Assembly (NCBI GenBank): GCA_041739325.1
Contig: JBGSOB010000112.1
Coordinates: 5,597 to 69,596, forward strand
Length of the DNA: 64,000 nt
Source: Treponematales bacterium
GTDB taxonomy: Bacteria; Spirochaetota; Spirochaetia; Treponematales; JBGSOB01
Reading direction: 5' to 3'
Shown here: positions 51,001 to 58,888 of the stretch, in pieces
Numbering within the stretch: the stretch's first letter is position 1
Layout of the letters: each line of letters opens with the position of its first letter
Translations under genes and position numbers: made by a program
Notes under the pieces: model-generated
Database searches by the model: none
What the model was told of the DNA's origin: nothing
What the model saw: the letters and a program-made list of their open reading frames with translations, nothing else

Positions 51001-51735
51001 ATGAAAAAGTTTACCATAGCCCTTTGTATCTTCTTTCTTTCCCTGCTTGCCTTGGCGGCCACCCCGACCTTCTACGGCTTAAGCGGCTTGACCTTCCTTC
51101 CCGGCGCCCGCATAGCAGAGCCGGGTTCCTTCTCCCTTGCCATGCGCTCCGTGCCGGCCCAGGCCCAGGACCTGACCATACACCCCCTTTCCTTTGCCAT
51201 GCAGCTCTCCGTCCTACCCTTTCTAGAACTGGGTTTGACGAACACCTATCAGTATTACCTTCAGCACGACATGGCCATCTTCGGCAACCCTGTAGAGGGC
51301 TCTGGTTTTCGGGCGAATAGCTCCAATATTTTCATCCCCGTTATTCCCTCATTGAAGTTCTCCTTCCTTGACGAGTCGGTGCCTAACGGAGCCATCGCTA
51401 TCGGCTTTCTCTACCCGCTGGGGGCCTTCTTTTGCTTCGATTACTCCATTCCCCTGCCGGCGGACTACGGGCTCTACTTCCTTTTCGGCTTTGGCACCAC
51501 GGTGGAAACCCTGACCCCCTTCATCGGCGGTCGGGCAGAGCTGCCCTTCGGTTTGGATATCATCCTTGAGGGCTCCTACTCCGGCATGACGGACCAGCTC
51601 ACCTCGGCCCAGGAAATTTATTTTTCCACTACCATCGCCTATGAACTTGTAAAGAACAGCTCGCTGGACTTCACCTTCCGCATCGACCAAGATCTGGTGC
51701 GACGCGCGATGATCAGCTATGAAATCAGCCTTTAG
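51001..51735 (+). CDS. Exported protein, possible YjbH/GfcD-like outer-membrane protein
   Basis: It has a signal peptide (MKKFTIALCIFFLSLLALAA). The mature N-terminus TPTFYGLSGLTFLPGARIAEPGSFSL...LSVLPFLELGLT resembles, from memory, the YjbH/GfcD N-terminal signature (G..GL...P.AR...EG.FS). It is rich in aromatic and alternating residues. Confidence 0.4.
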   Translation: MKKFTIALCIFFLSLLALAATPTFYGLSGLTFLPGARIAEPGSFSLAMRSVPAQAQDLTIHPLSFAMQLSVLPFLELGLTNTYQYYLQHDMAIFGNPVEGSGFRANSSNIFIPVIPSLKFSFLDESVPNGAIAIGFLYPLGAFFCFDYSIPLPADYGLYFLFGFGTTVETLTPFIGGRAELPFGLDIILEGSYSGMTDQLTSAQEIYFSTTIAYELVKNSSLDFTFRIDQDLVRRAMISYEISL

Positions 51736-51744
51736 GGGAATGCC

Positions 51745-52725
51745 ATGAAAACTCGGCTTTTTTACAGAATACTCTTTAGCTTTTTAGCCCTCAGCGCCTG
51801 GTCGCAAACCGCCTCCGACTACACCATAACCGGCGACGCCCGCCTTGGCCTGCCGGGGCCGGATATCGTGGAGTCTTCCTATACCCGCAACCCGGCTTCC
51901 TGCGCCATGAATATCCATTCAAGCCTCATGATGGGCGCCCTTGCCTATCCGGCCCACATAAACGGGGCAAGCTCGCCAGTGGGTCTTTTTACCGCCTTGA
52001 GCCTCCCCAACTTCAGCTTGATGAACACTACCGCCAACTTCGGCCTCTGGGAGAATGAGGTCTTGGTGGCGGTTACAAAAAATCTCCTGGGTCTGCAATT
52101 TGCCCTCTCTACCCTCGACCTGGGGATACACTCGCCGCTTAAGGTATCTCTTGGTTTGGGCGCCTATGCGGACGGTGAGAAGCGGGGAGAGCAAACAAGC
52201 GCGTCTTTCGTGGCCGATCTCGGTTGCATCGCTACCATCGACGACCTGAGCATTGAGATCTTGGCCCAGAATCTCTATCGCTACTCCCTCAGCGGCGAGT
52301 CGAGCTTTGCCGGCCCCAGCTCGGAGTTCAAGGCGCGCCTGCGCAGTAAGCTCATCCTGGACATTTTCTTCTCCTTGGGCATTGCAACCGCCAATAATAT
52401 CCCCACGGCCGACATGGTGATGGAGCTGCAAATGTATAGGCACTTCTTTTCACAGAGCCTGCGTACGGGGATAGACCTCAATGTCCAATGCGATTTCTCC
52501 CCAACGGAGTTCCTCATACCCGGCCAGTCCTACGGCTTTACCATTGCCTACTTTTTACCGGAACTTTCCAAGCCCAGCGGCGATAAAAAGGATTTTTTAA
52601 GCCGTATCTCCGAAGGGATGAAGGGCTTTGCCCTCTACGGCCGCGGCGCGGTGACTATCATCAATGGGGATGAGAACCCGAGCGCATCGCCGGTCATTTC
52701 CCTTGGGCTGTCCCGTTTCTTCTAG
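51745..52725 (+). CDS. Exported protein, possible FadL/UPF0164-like outer-membrane beta-barrel
   Basis: It has a signal peptide (ILFSFLALSAWSQ). GDARLGLPGPDIVESSYTRNPAS resembles the G.A..G.GGA.....D......NPA motif of FadL-like barrels. The C-terminus ends in ...LSRFF. Confidence 0.35.
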   Translation: MKTRLFYRILFSFLALSAWSQTASDYTITGDARLGLPGPDIVESSYTRNPASCAMNIHSSLMMGALAYPAHINGASSPVGLFTALSLPNFSLMNTTANFGLWENEVLVAVTKNLLGLQFALSTLDLGIHSPLKVSLGLGAYADGEKRGEQTSASFVADLGCIATIDDLSIEILAQNLYRYSLSGESSFAGPSSEFKARLRSKLILDIFFSLGIATANNIPTADMVMELQMYRHFFSQSLRTGIDLNVQCDFSPTEFLIPGQSYGFTIAYFLPELSKPSGDKKDFLSRISEGMKGFALYGRGAVTIINGDENPSASPVISLGLSRFF

Positions 52726-52734
52726 GGCCTTGCT

Positions 52735-54429
52735 ATGAAGCTTTTTTGCCAGCCCCGCGCGGCGCTTGCCCTTATCTTTTGTTTTGCTTTGACGGCCCTT
52801 GAAGCGCAGGCCATCCTCGTCATGCCGCTGCGCTCAGAAAGTATCAGCCCCGAACTCTCTGGGGAGCTTGCTTCTCATCTGGAATCGGCCCTGGTGGATT
52901 CAGGCCTCTATGAAGTGACGAGCCCGGCGGATACCGCCCTCCTCCTAGAAGCCCAGTCTCTTGCCTACTCAGGCGTCTATCGGGAAGAGGATCTTCCAAA
53001 GCTTGGGGCCTTTCTTCCTGCAAAGCTTGCTCTGCTGGGGCGTATTGAAGGCCGAGCAAAGGATGCCCGCCTGGTTCTTAAGATTTTAGAGCTTGAGCGC
53101 GGCAACATTCTCAAGTCCGGCTCCTATGGCTTGCCGGGGACCCTGCCAAGCCTCCAAGCAGGGGCCAAGGGTCTGGATGCCTGGATTCATCGCTCTGTTT
53201 TCAGCCTTCTGGGCCTCGTTGAGGCAGGGGGCCAGGCAGCCGGCTACGAGCTTTTGGTTTCAGCCGATATAGCGGATTGCCTTGTCTACGTTGACCGACG
53301 CCTCCGCGGACGCAGCCCCTGCGCGGTAAGCGGCTTGGCTGGGGGCGAACATGTAGTGGAGCTGAAGAAGGGCTCCTACTACGCGTCACGGCTCCTGCGG
53401 CTGGAATCGAACCAAAGTATTGATTTCATCATGGGGCAACGCTACGGGAGCATCATCATCCGCTCAGAGCCTGAAAACCCCGACGTGACGGTGGGGCGGG
53501 ACTTTTACGGGCAAAAAGGCCTTATTGAAAAGGTTCCTGCCGAGAAGCAGCTTCTTACCCTGCGCAAACCAGGGCTTTTTTGGCAGGGCTATGTCCCTTT
53601 GAGCCCTAATAGCACCACGACAGTCCAGGTAAGGCTTTTAGCCACGGCCTCTCTTTCTGTCGAGGCTGAGGCCGGCTCAAGCCTAAGGCTTTCTCGCTTA
53701 GGGCTTGAAGGCTCCGGGCTTTCAAGCCCCGGGCTTTCAAGCCCCCTGCTCCCTGCCGAGGGCTATCTGCGGGACATCCCCTTGCCGGGTCGGTTAGAAG
53801 ATCTCCTGCCGGGTAGCTATAAGCTCCATGTGCAAAGAGCCAATCGTGAGAGTCTTGAGATGGAGATTAACTTGGAGGCGGGGGAGAGCCGCGTCATTGA
53901 GCTTCGCTTGGATCTGCCTAGGCTTCGTGCTCAGGAAAGGGATGATATCCTCAAGGGCTTGGAATCCATTCGAGCCGCCCAAGCGGCCTTAGCTTTGGAT
54001 GAAGCCAGCCTTCGTCTTCCCCAAGCGGATTTAGGCTTGCAAGCAAGCGGAGATCTTTTTCTTTCTTTTATTCCCGTAGTGAACAGCCTTCTTCTTCTAA
54101 GGCCTTCAGATCAACCCGCTGGCTTGCCGCCGGCTCTTCAGCGGCAGATCCGCTCTCGGCGCCTTGGCCAATTTGCCCTTGGCAACCTCTGCGCCCTGGG
54201 TATCCTCGCCGCCGTTCTTGCGCCCTCAAGCCCCCATCCGCGGGAGATAGGCGGGGCGGGCATTGTCGTGGCTGCCGCCGCGGGCGCTGCTGACATAGGC
54301 ATAAGCATGGAGGCTACTCTGCGCCTGGGGCGTTATAGCCGGCAAGAGAAGCTTAAGCGTGATGGATGGTTAGAATTAGAAACGGAGATACTCAGTTTAC
54401 GGGCGCGGCTGAAAGAGCTCGAGAATTAG
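52735..54429 (+). CDS. Exported PEGA-domain protein with CsgG/LpoB-like N-domain, C-terminal TM segments and coiled coil
   Basis: It has a signal peptide. The N-domain starts ILVMPLRSES. PEGA-like modules are present (DCLVYVDRRLRGRSP; NPDVTVGRDFYG). C-terminal hydrophobic helices follow, then LELETEILSLRARLKELEN. Confidence 0.55.
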   Translation: MKLFCQPRAALALIFCFALTALEAQAILVMPLRSESISPELSGELASHLESALVDSGLYEVTSPADTALLLEAQSLAYSGVYREEDLPKLGAFLPAKLALLGRIEGRAKDARLVLKILELERGNILKSGSYGLPGTLPSLQAGAKGLDAWIHRSVFSLLGLVEAGGQAAGYELLVSADIADCLVYVDRRLRGRSPCAVSGLAGGEHVVELKKGSYYASRLLRLESNQSIDFIMGQRYGSIIIRSEPENPDVTVGRDFYGQKGLIEKVPAEKQLLTLRKPGLFWQGYVPLSPNSTTTVQVRLLATASLSVEAEAGSSLRLSRLGLEGSGLSSPGLSSPLLPAEGYLRDIPLPGRLEDLLPGSYKLHVQRANRESLEMEINLEAGESRVIELRLDLPRLRAQERDDILKGLESIRAAQAALALDEASLRLPQADLGLQASGDLFLSFIPVVNSLLLLRPSDQPAGLPPALQRQIRSRRLGQFALGNLCALGILAAVLAPSSPHPREIGGAGIVVAAAAGAADIGISMEATLRLGRYSRQEKLKRDGWLELETEILSLRARLKELEN

Positions 54430-54453
54430 GCGAGGGTTTTGTAGCGGCGAGCT

Positions 54454-56139
54454 CTAGTAGCCATCGCTCATGGAGCGGTTGATGTCTTTTTGGTAGAGCT
54501 CTTGGTAAACGTAGGAGCGGGTTTTAAGCTTGTCCTTGACCTCTTGGGTAAAGGGAAGGTAGCGCCAAAAGATGGAGCGTATCTCCTTGTCCAGTTTCTG
54601 CACGCCCTCCGCTTCCTTGGTAATCCAAAGGATGTAGTCGGCAATGAAGTATTCCTTTACGTCTCCCTTGAGTTTTTTAGCCACGAAGCTTTGGTAGTAG
54701 TTGCCGGTTAGGCCCTCTTCCATCCAATAATAAGAAGCCTTTTCCTTTGCCGTCTGCCAACGCAGGTCGGCAACGGCGTTTATCACGGCCATAACGAGAT
54801 TTTTTGGGAAGATGGGTATGGCAATGCGGCCGCGACTAGTGGCGCGGTTGAAACGGTCAAAGGGTTCCCAGCAAATTCCATAGTCTCCGTAGCTGGGCAC
54901 CAGAATGGTATAGGGAACGATGCGGTTGAGCTGGGTTTTGTAGGAGCGGCAAAAGGCCTCGGAGTCTATGGCTTCTATCTGCGCCATGGCCTGAATCACG
55001 TTTTCCCGCGTGCCTATCTCGCGGATGCTGCCGTGGAAATAGTCTTTGAAAAGGATGGGAAAGTGGTTGCCCTGGCGGCCAATGCACATCTTGGCCATCT
55101 GTCGTAGGGTTTCGAATTCCTGGGCCACGGCCTGAAGGTCTGCCTTCGTGTTTTCCGCAACGCCGGATGCCTTATCGCTGATGGATTTCATCTCGGCCTC
55201 GGCTTCCTCAAAACCGCCGATAGCTTTCTGCAGGTCCCTGTCGGTGTTAGCCATTTGACGGAAGAGCTCGGCCATTTCAGAAAAGGCCTTGCGCTGGCTT
55301 TCCGTGTAGGGCATGGGAATATGGAGCATCCCCGGCTGGGAGTCGTGGGCGCAGATGAACTCCAGTTTCTCCATGGCCTTGACTTCCATGGCCTTGCGTT
55401 CTTCGGCCTTAAGCCGCAGGGTCCCTTCGCTAGCGTCTTTTTTACCGCGTGATTTTTCCATCAATACTTGGAACTTGGCTTTATCGTCCATGCGAGAAAC
55501 CCGCACTTCGTCCGTGGTGGAGGCCTTGAGTTGACCGGTGGCGACCATCTTCATCCACTCGTCGATATAGTAGACCGGCTCACCGAGGGTGTTTTTATAG
55601 ACCACGCGCTCGAGGATTCCCTTCTGCTCGACTGAGAGCAGGTTGGGCAAAAGGGCGCCAAAACGAAGGGCTATCTGTTTCTGAATGGGGAAGTCGCGCG
55701 TAGTGCAACCGAGGGCAAGGCGCTTGGCAAAGTTCCAGTAGGCGGGAATGAGCTTCTGCCTGATGATGCTCCGGTCTTTGGGGTCGGTGGTTTGCATGAA
55801 GCGGGTAAAGACCTGGTGGAAGGTTGTCGCTTCTTCCGAGCCGCCGGCCATGGCCTTTTTGTAGTATTCCGGGTCATTGAAGTACTGGTTTGGCGGGCTT
55901 TCTTCAAAAGAGTTGATGGAGGGGAATCTTTTTTTAGTGAGGTCTACGGAGCCGGGTCCTTCCGATTTGACGTTCCCGGTAAGATCCATGCCGCCGAAGA
56001 GGTCGTCGAAGTCGGGCGCCGGCCCAGACGGCTTGGCGGCGCTAGGACGGCCGCGGCTGTCTACTTCTTGGACGTTGCCGCCAAGCAAGGCGGCGATATC
56101 GGGATCCATATCTCCGGAAAAAATCGGTCCCTTCGCCAT
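54454..56139 (-). CDS. Conserved hypothetical protein (561 aa), disordered acidic N-terminus
   Basis: I chose the ATG at 56139 (AAAGGA upstream) because the track start at 56199 lies inside tRNA-Ala. No motif is recognised. Confidence 0.55.
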   Translation of the reverse strand: MAKGPIFSGDMDPDIAALLGGNVQEVDSRGRPSAAKPSGPAPDFDDLFGGMDLTGNVKSEGPGSVDLTKKRFPSINSFEESPPNQYFNDPEYYKKAMAGGSEEATTFHQVFTRFMQTTDPKDRSIIRQKLIPAYWNFAKRLALGCTTRDFPIQKQIALRFGALLPNLLSVEQKGILERVVYKNTLGEPVYYIDEWMKMVATGQLKASTTDEVRVSRMDDKAKFQVLMEKSRGKKDASEGTLRLKAEERKAMEVKAMEKLEFICAHDSQPGMLHIPMPYTESQRKAFSEMAELFRQMANTDRDLQKAIGGFEEAEAEMKSISDKASGVAENTKADLQAVAQEFETLRQMAKMCIGRQGNHFPILFKDYFHGSIREIGTRENVIQAMAQIEAIDSEAFCRSYKTQLNRIVPYTILVPSYGDYGICWEPFDRFNRATSRGRIAIPIFPKNLVMAVINAVADLRWQTAKEKASYYWMEEGLTGNYYQSFVAKKLKGDVKEYFIADYILWITKEAEGVQKLDKEIRSIFWRYLPFTQEVKDKLKTRSYVYQELYQKDINRSMSDGY

Positions 56140-56157
56140 TTCCTTTGATCCTGCTAG

Positions 56158-56231
56158 TGGAGGTGAGGGGAATTGAACCCCTGACCTTTTGAATGCCATT
56201 CAAACGCTCTAGCCAACTGAGCTACACCCCC
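56158..56231 (-). tRNA. tRNA-Ala (anticodon GGC)
   Basis: The minus strand folds as GGGGGTG-TA-GCTC-AGTTGGCTA-GAGC-G-TTTGA-ATGGCAT-TCAAA-AGGTC-AGGGG-TTCAATT-CCCCT-CACCTCC-A. The G3:U70 pair in the acceptor stem is the Ala identity element. CCA is not encoded. Confidence 0.95.
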
Positions 56232-56248
56232 AGCGATAGGCGAGTCGT

Positions 56249-56277
56249 ATCCTAGCGGTTTGGCCTCTATCTGTCAA
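56249..56277 (-). promoter_or_regulatory. Sigma70-type promoter for tRNA-Ala (and probably the downstream CDS)
   Basis: The minus strand reads TTGACA (56277-56272), a 17-nt spacer, then TAGGAT (56254-56249). The -10 ends 17 nt upstream of the mature tRNA 5' end. Confidence 0.55.
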
Positions 56278-56367
56278 TAGCGCCGGCCTGGATTGTATGT
56301 GCTTTTGGTTAGTGATATTGCTCTCCGGCCGGCTTGCGGCTATCATAGAGGGGATCGGGAGGTCCGG

Positions 56368-57339
56368 ATGAGAGAAAAAACTTTCTATATCGGCGTTGAC
56401 TTAGGCGCGACAAAAACCCTAGCCGTTCTTTATGACGAGGATATGGGGCTCATTGCCCAAGCCCGGGCTAAGACCCCCTCGGACAAGGGCGGAGACGCCA
56501 TCTTGGCCAGTATCGTCGAGCTTGCCAGTGAAGCATGCGCCCAAGCCGGGCTTGATGTCTCAAAGGTAAAGGCTGTCGGGGTTGCCGTGCCCGCTCCCAT
56601 AGACCGCGAGTCGGGAACCATCATCCAGGCCCCGAACATGGGCATCAAAGACTACCCGATGGGTAAAAAGCTGGCCAAGGCTTTGGGCGCCTCTAGCTTC
56701 CTTGAAAACGATGTGCGCGCCGGGGTCTGGGGCGAGTTCCGTAAGGGGGCCCTGCGCGGCTATAAAAACGCTGTCGGTATCTTTGTGGGCACCGGAATCG
56801 GCGGGGGCATACTCTTGGACGGCAAGCTTTGGGGCGGCTCTCACGGCCATGCCGGGGAGATCGGCCACATGATACTCCAAGAGGGAGGCGCGGTTTGCGG
56901 TTGCGGCCAATATGGCTGTCTTGAGGCCCTCGCTTCCCGCTCGGCCATGGCCAAGGACGCGGTGGCCGCCATCGCTTCCGGCAAGTCTCCCCTCCTTATG
57001 GAGCGCTATGGCACGGACTTCCGCAAAATGAAGAGCTCGGTATTCGAATACGCCCTCTCCGAGAAGGACGAGGCTATCCAAAAAATAATCGCGCGCTCCG
57101 CCTTCTGGGTAGGTATCGGCATGGCCAACCTCGTGAACGTGCTTGACCCGGAGGCCATCGTCTTAGGTGGCGGCGTCATTGCCCGCTTCGGGGATTTTTA
57201 TAAAAAACGTGCCGAGGAATCCATGAAGGAGCATATGCTCAGCGGTTTTGCCAAGGGGGTTAAGGTGCTGGTTTCCGAGCTTGGAGACCTTGCCGTGCCC
57301 ACCGGAGCCGCCCTCAGCGCCAAAGAGGCGATGGGGTGA
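56368..57339 (+). CDS. ROK-family sugar kinase (glucokinase-like)
   Basis: GGGAGG precedes the ATG at 56368. Motifs are IGVDLGATKT, NDVRAG, GTGIGGG, and the zinc motif HMILQEGGAVCGCGQYGCLE. Confidence 0.85.
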   Translation: MREKTFYIGVDLGATKTLAVLYDEDMGLIAQARAKTPSDKGGDAILASIVELASEACAQAGLDVSKVKAVGVAVPAPIDRESGTIIQAPNMGIKDYPMGKKLAKALGASSFLENDVRAGVWGEFRKGALRGYKNAVGIFVGTGIGGGILLDGKLWGGSHGHAGEIGHMILQEGGAVCGCGQYGCLEALASRSAMAKDAVAAIASGKSPLLMERYGTDFRKMKSSVFEYALSEKDEAIQKIIARSAFWVGIGMANLVNVLDPEAIVLGGGVIARFGDFYKKRAEESMKEHMLSGFAKGVKVLVSELGDLAVPTGAALSAKEAMG

Positions 57340-57346
57340 GGGCGTC

Positions 57347-58888
57347 ATGAGTCATTCCCGCGCCGTCAAGCGGCTTGTCGCCGTCGTGGAGCTTGGCTCC
57401 ACCGGCATTCGCCTCCTGGTCGCCGAATTGGACGGCCATGGGGGCTGGCGTATCTTTGACCGCGCCGGCAAGCCGGTATCCCTAGGCCGCGACGTCTTTA
57501 CCTCCGGCCAGGTCTCCTTAGACACTGCTTCACAATGCCTAGGCATCTTGCGCGGCTTCCGCGATGTTTTAACCGGCTGGGGCTTGGACGTTTCCGCCGC
57601 GGAGTGCATAGCCACCAGCGCCCTGCGCGAGGCGCGCAACCGCGAAACATTCATAGACCGCGTTTTCCTCCAAACCGGTTTTCGCGTTAAGACCGTAGAA
57701 GGCATTGAGGAGATCCGCCTCATGCACCTAGCCCTCAACTTCGCGGTGCGCGAGCGGCGCGGGGAGCTGGCGCGCAGCAATTCCATGGTCATTGAGGTAG
57801 GCGGCGGCTCCACCGAAATCATGCTCTTACGCCGCAACCGCATAGCAGCGGCGCACTCGCTCGGTGTAGGCACGGTGCGCGTCCAACAACAGGTTGAATC
57901 CAACATGGGTTCCGGCCGCTATCTACTGCGCTTTCTTGAGGAAAACATCAATACCACCTGTGAGCGCCTTTCTTCCGAGCTCAAGCTGGATACGGTAAAG
58001 TCCTTTATCTGCATCGGTTCGGACGCGCGCATAGCCGCCGACAAGGCGGGTAGCCGCGTGTGCGACACCTATTCGGTAATTACCCGTAAGGCTTTTGTCG
58101 ATTTTATTGAGCGCATCAGCAGTTATCAAGCCGACGAGTTGGTGCAACGCCTCCACATTGCCTATTCGGACGCCGAAGGCATGATCCCCGGCCTCCTGGT
58201 GGCGCGGCTCTTTCTGGAAAAAACTACCGCTGAAGAGATCATCGTTCCGGACGTTTCAATCCGCGAGGGCGTGCTCATAAATCTTGCCTCCGGCGCCGAC
58301 GAGGTGGAGGAGTTCCATGCCCAGGTCATAGCCAGCGCTCTGGCTCTTGGGCGCCGCTACCTCTTTGATGAGGAACACGGGGCTCACGTGACCCGCTTGG
58401 CCCTCAAGCTTTTTGATGAGCTCACCGTTGAGCACGGGCTGGATAAACACGCCCGGCTTCTCTTGGAGGTTGCCGGCATCCTGCATGATATCGGCACCTT
58501 CATTAAAACCTCCGGCCACCATAAACATTCTGAATATATCCTAGCCAATTCCGAGATCTTCGGTTTGGCTCAAGACGATAGGGCGGTAGTGGCCAACGTG
58601 GTGCGCTATCATCGTAAGCAGTCACCGCAACAGACCCACGTTAGTTATATGGGGCTTGAGCCCGGGTTGAGGATGATAGTAAATAAACTCTCGGCCATTT
58701 TACGGGTGGCGGACGCGCTTGACCGTGGCCACACCCAGCATGTAGACATTCATGAGATAGAGAAATCCGAGACCGGCCTCACGCTACGCTCGGGCAATCC
58801 TATGGACCTTTCTTTAGAGCGATTCAGCCTGGCCGAGAAGGCCGGGATGTTCGAGGACGTATTCGGCCTCAAGGTGTTACTGATATGA
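57347..58888 (+). CDS. ppx: Exopolyphosphatase / guanosine pentaphosphate phosphohydrolase (Ppx/GppA family) with HD domain
   Basis: The ATG at 57347 starts the ORF. Motifs are VVELGSTGIRLLVA, VIEVGGGSTE, and the C-terminal HD-type region LHDIGTFI...HHKHS. It sits immediately upstream of ppk1. Confidence 0.85.
   Translation: MSHSRAVKRLVAVVELGSTGIRLLVAELDGHGGWRIFDRAGKPVSLGRDVFTSGQVSLDTASQCLGILRGFRDVLTGWGLDVSAAECIATSALREARNRETFIDRVFLQTGFRVKTVEGIEEIRLMHLALNFAVRERRGELARSNSMVIEVGGGSTEIMLLRRNRIAAAHSLGVGTVRVQQQVESNMGSGRYLLRFLEENINTTCERLSSELKLDTVKSFICIGSDARIAADKAGSRVCDTYSVITRKAFVDFIERISSYQADELVQRLHIAYSDAEGMIPGLLVARLFLEKTTAEEIIVPDVSIREGVLINLASGADEVEEFHAQVIASALALGRRYLFDEEHGAHVTRLALKLFDELTVEHGLDKHARLLLEVAGILHDIGTFIKTSGHHKHSEYILANSEIFGLAQDDRAVVANVVRYHRKQSPQQTHVSYMGLEPGLRMIVNKLSAILRVADALDRGHTQHVDIHEIEKSETGLTLRSGNPMDLSLERFSLAEKAGMFEDVFGLKVLLI

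Noticed and set aside
56140-56199. The N-terminal extension of ORF 54454..56199 (MAFKRSGVQFPSPPLAGSKE)
   Set aside because: These codons are the translation of tRNA-Ala. The ATG at 56139 with an AAAGGA SD is the credible start.
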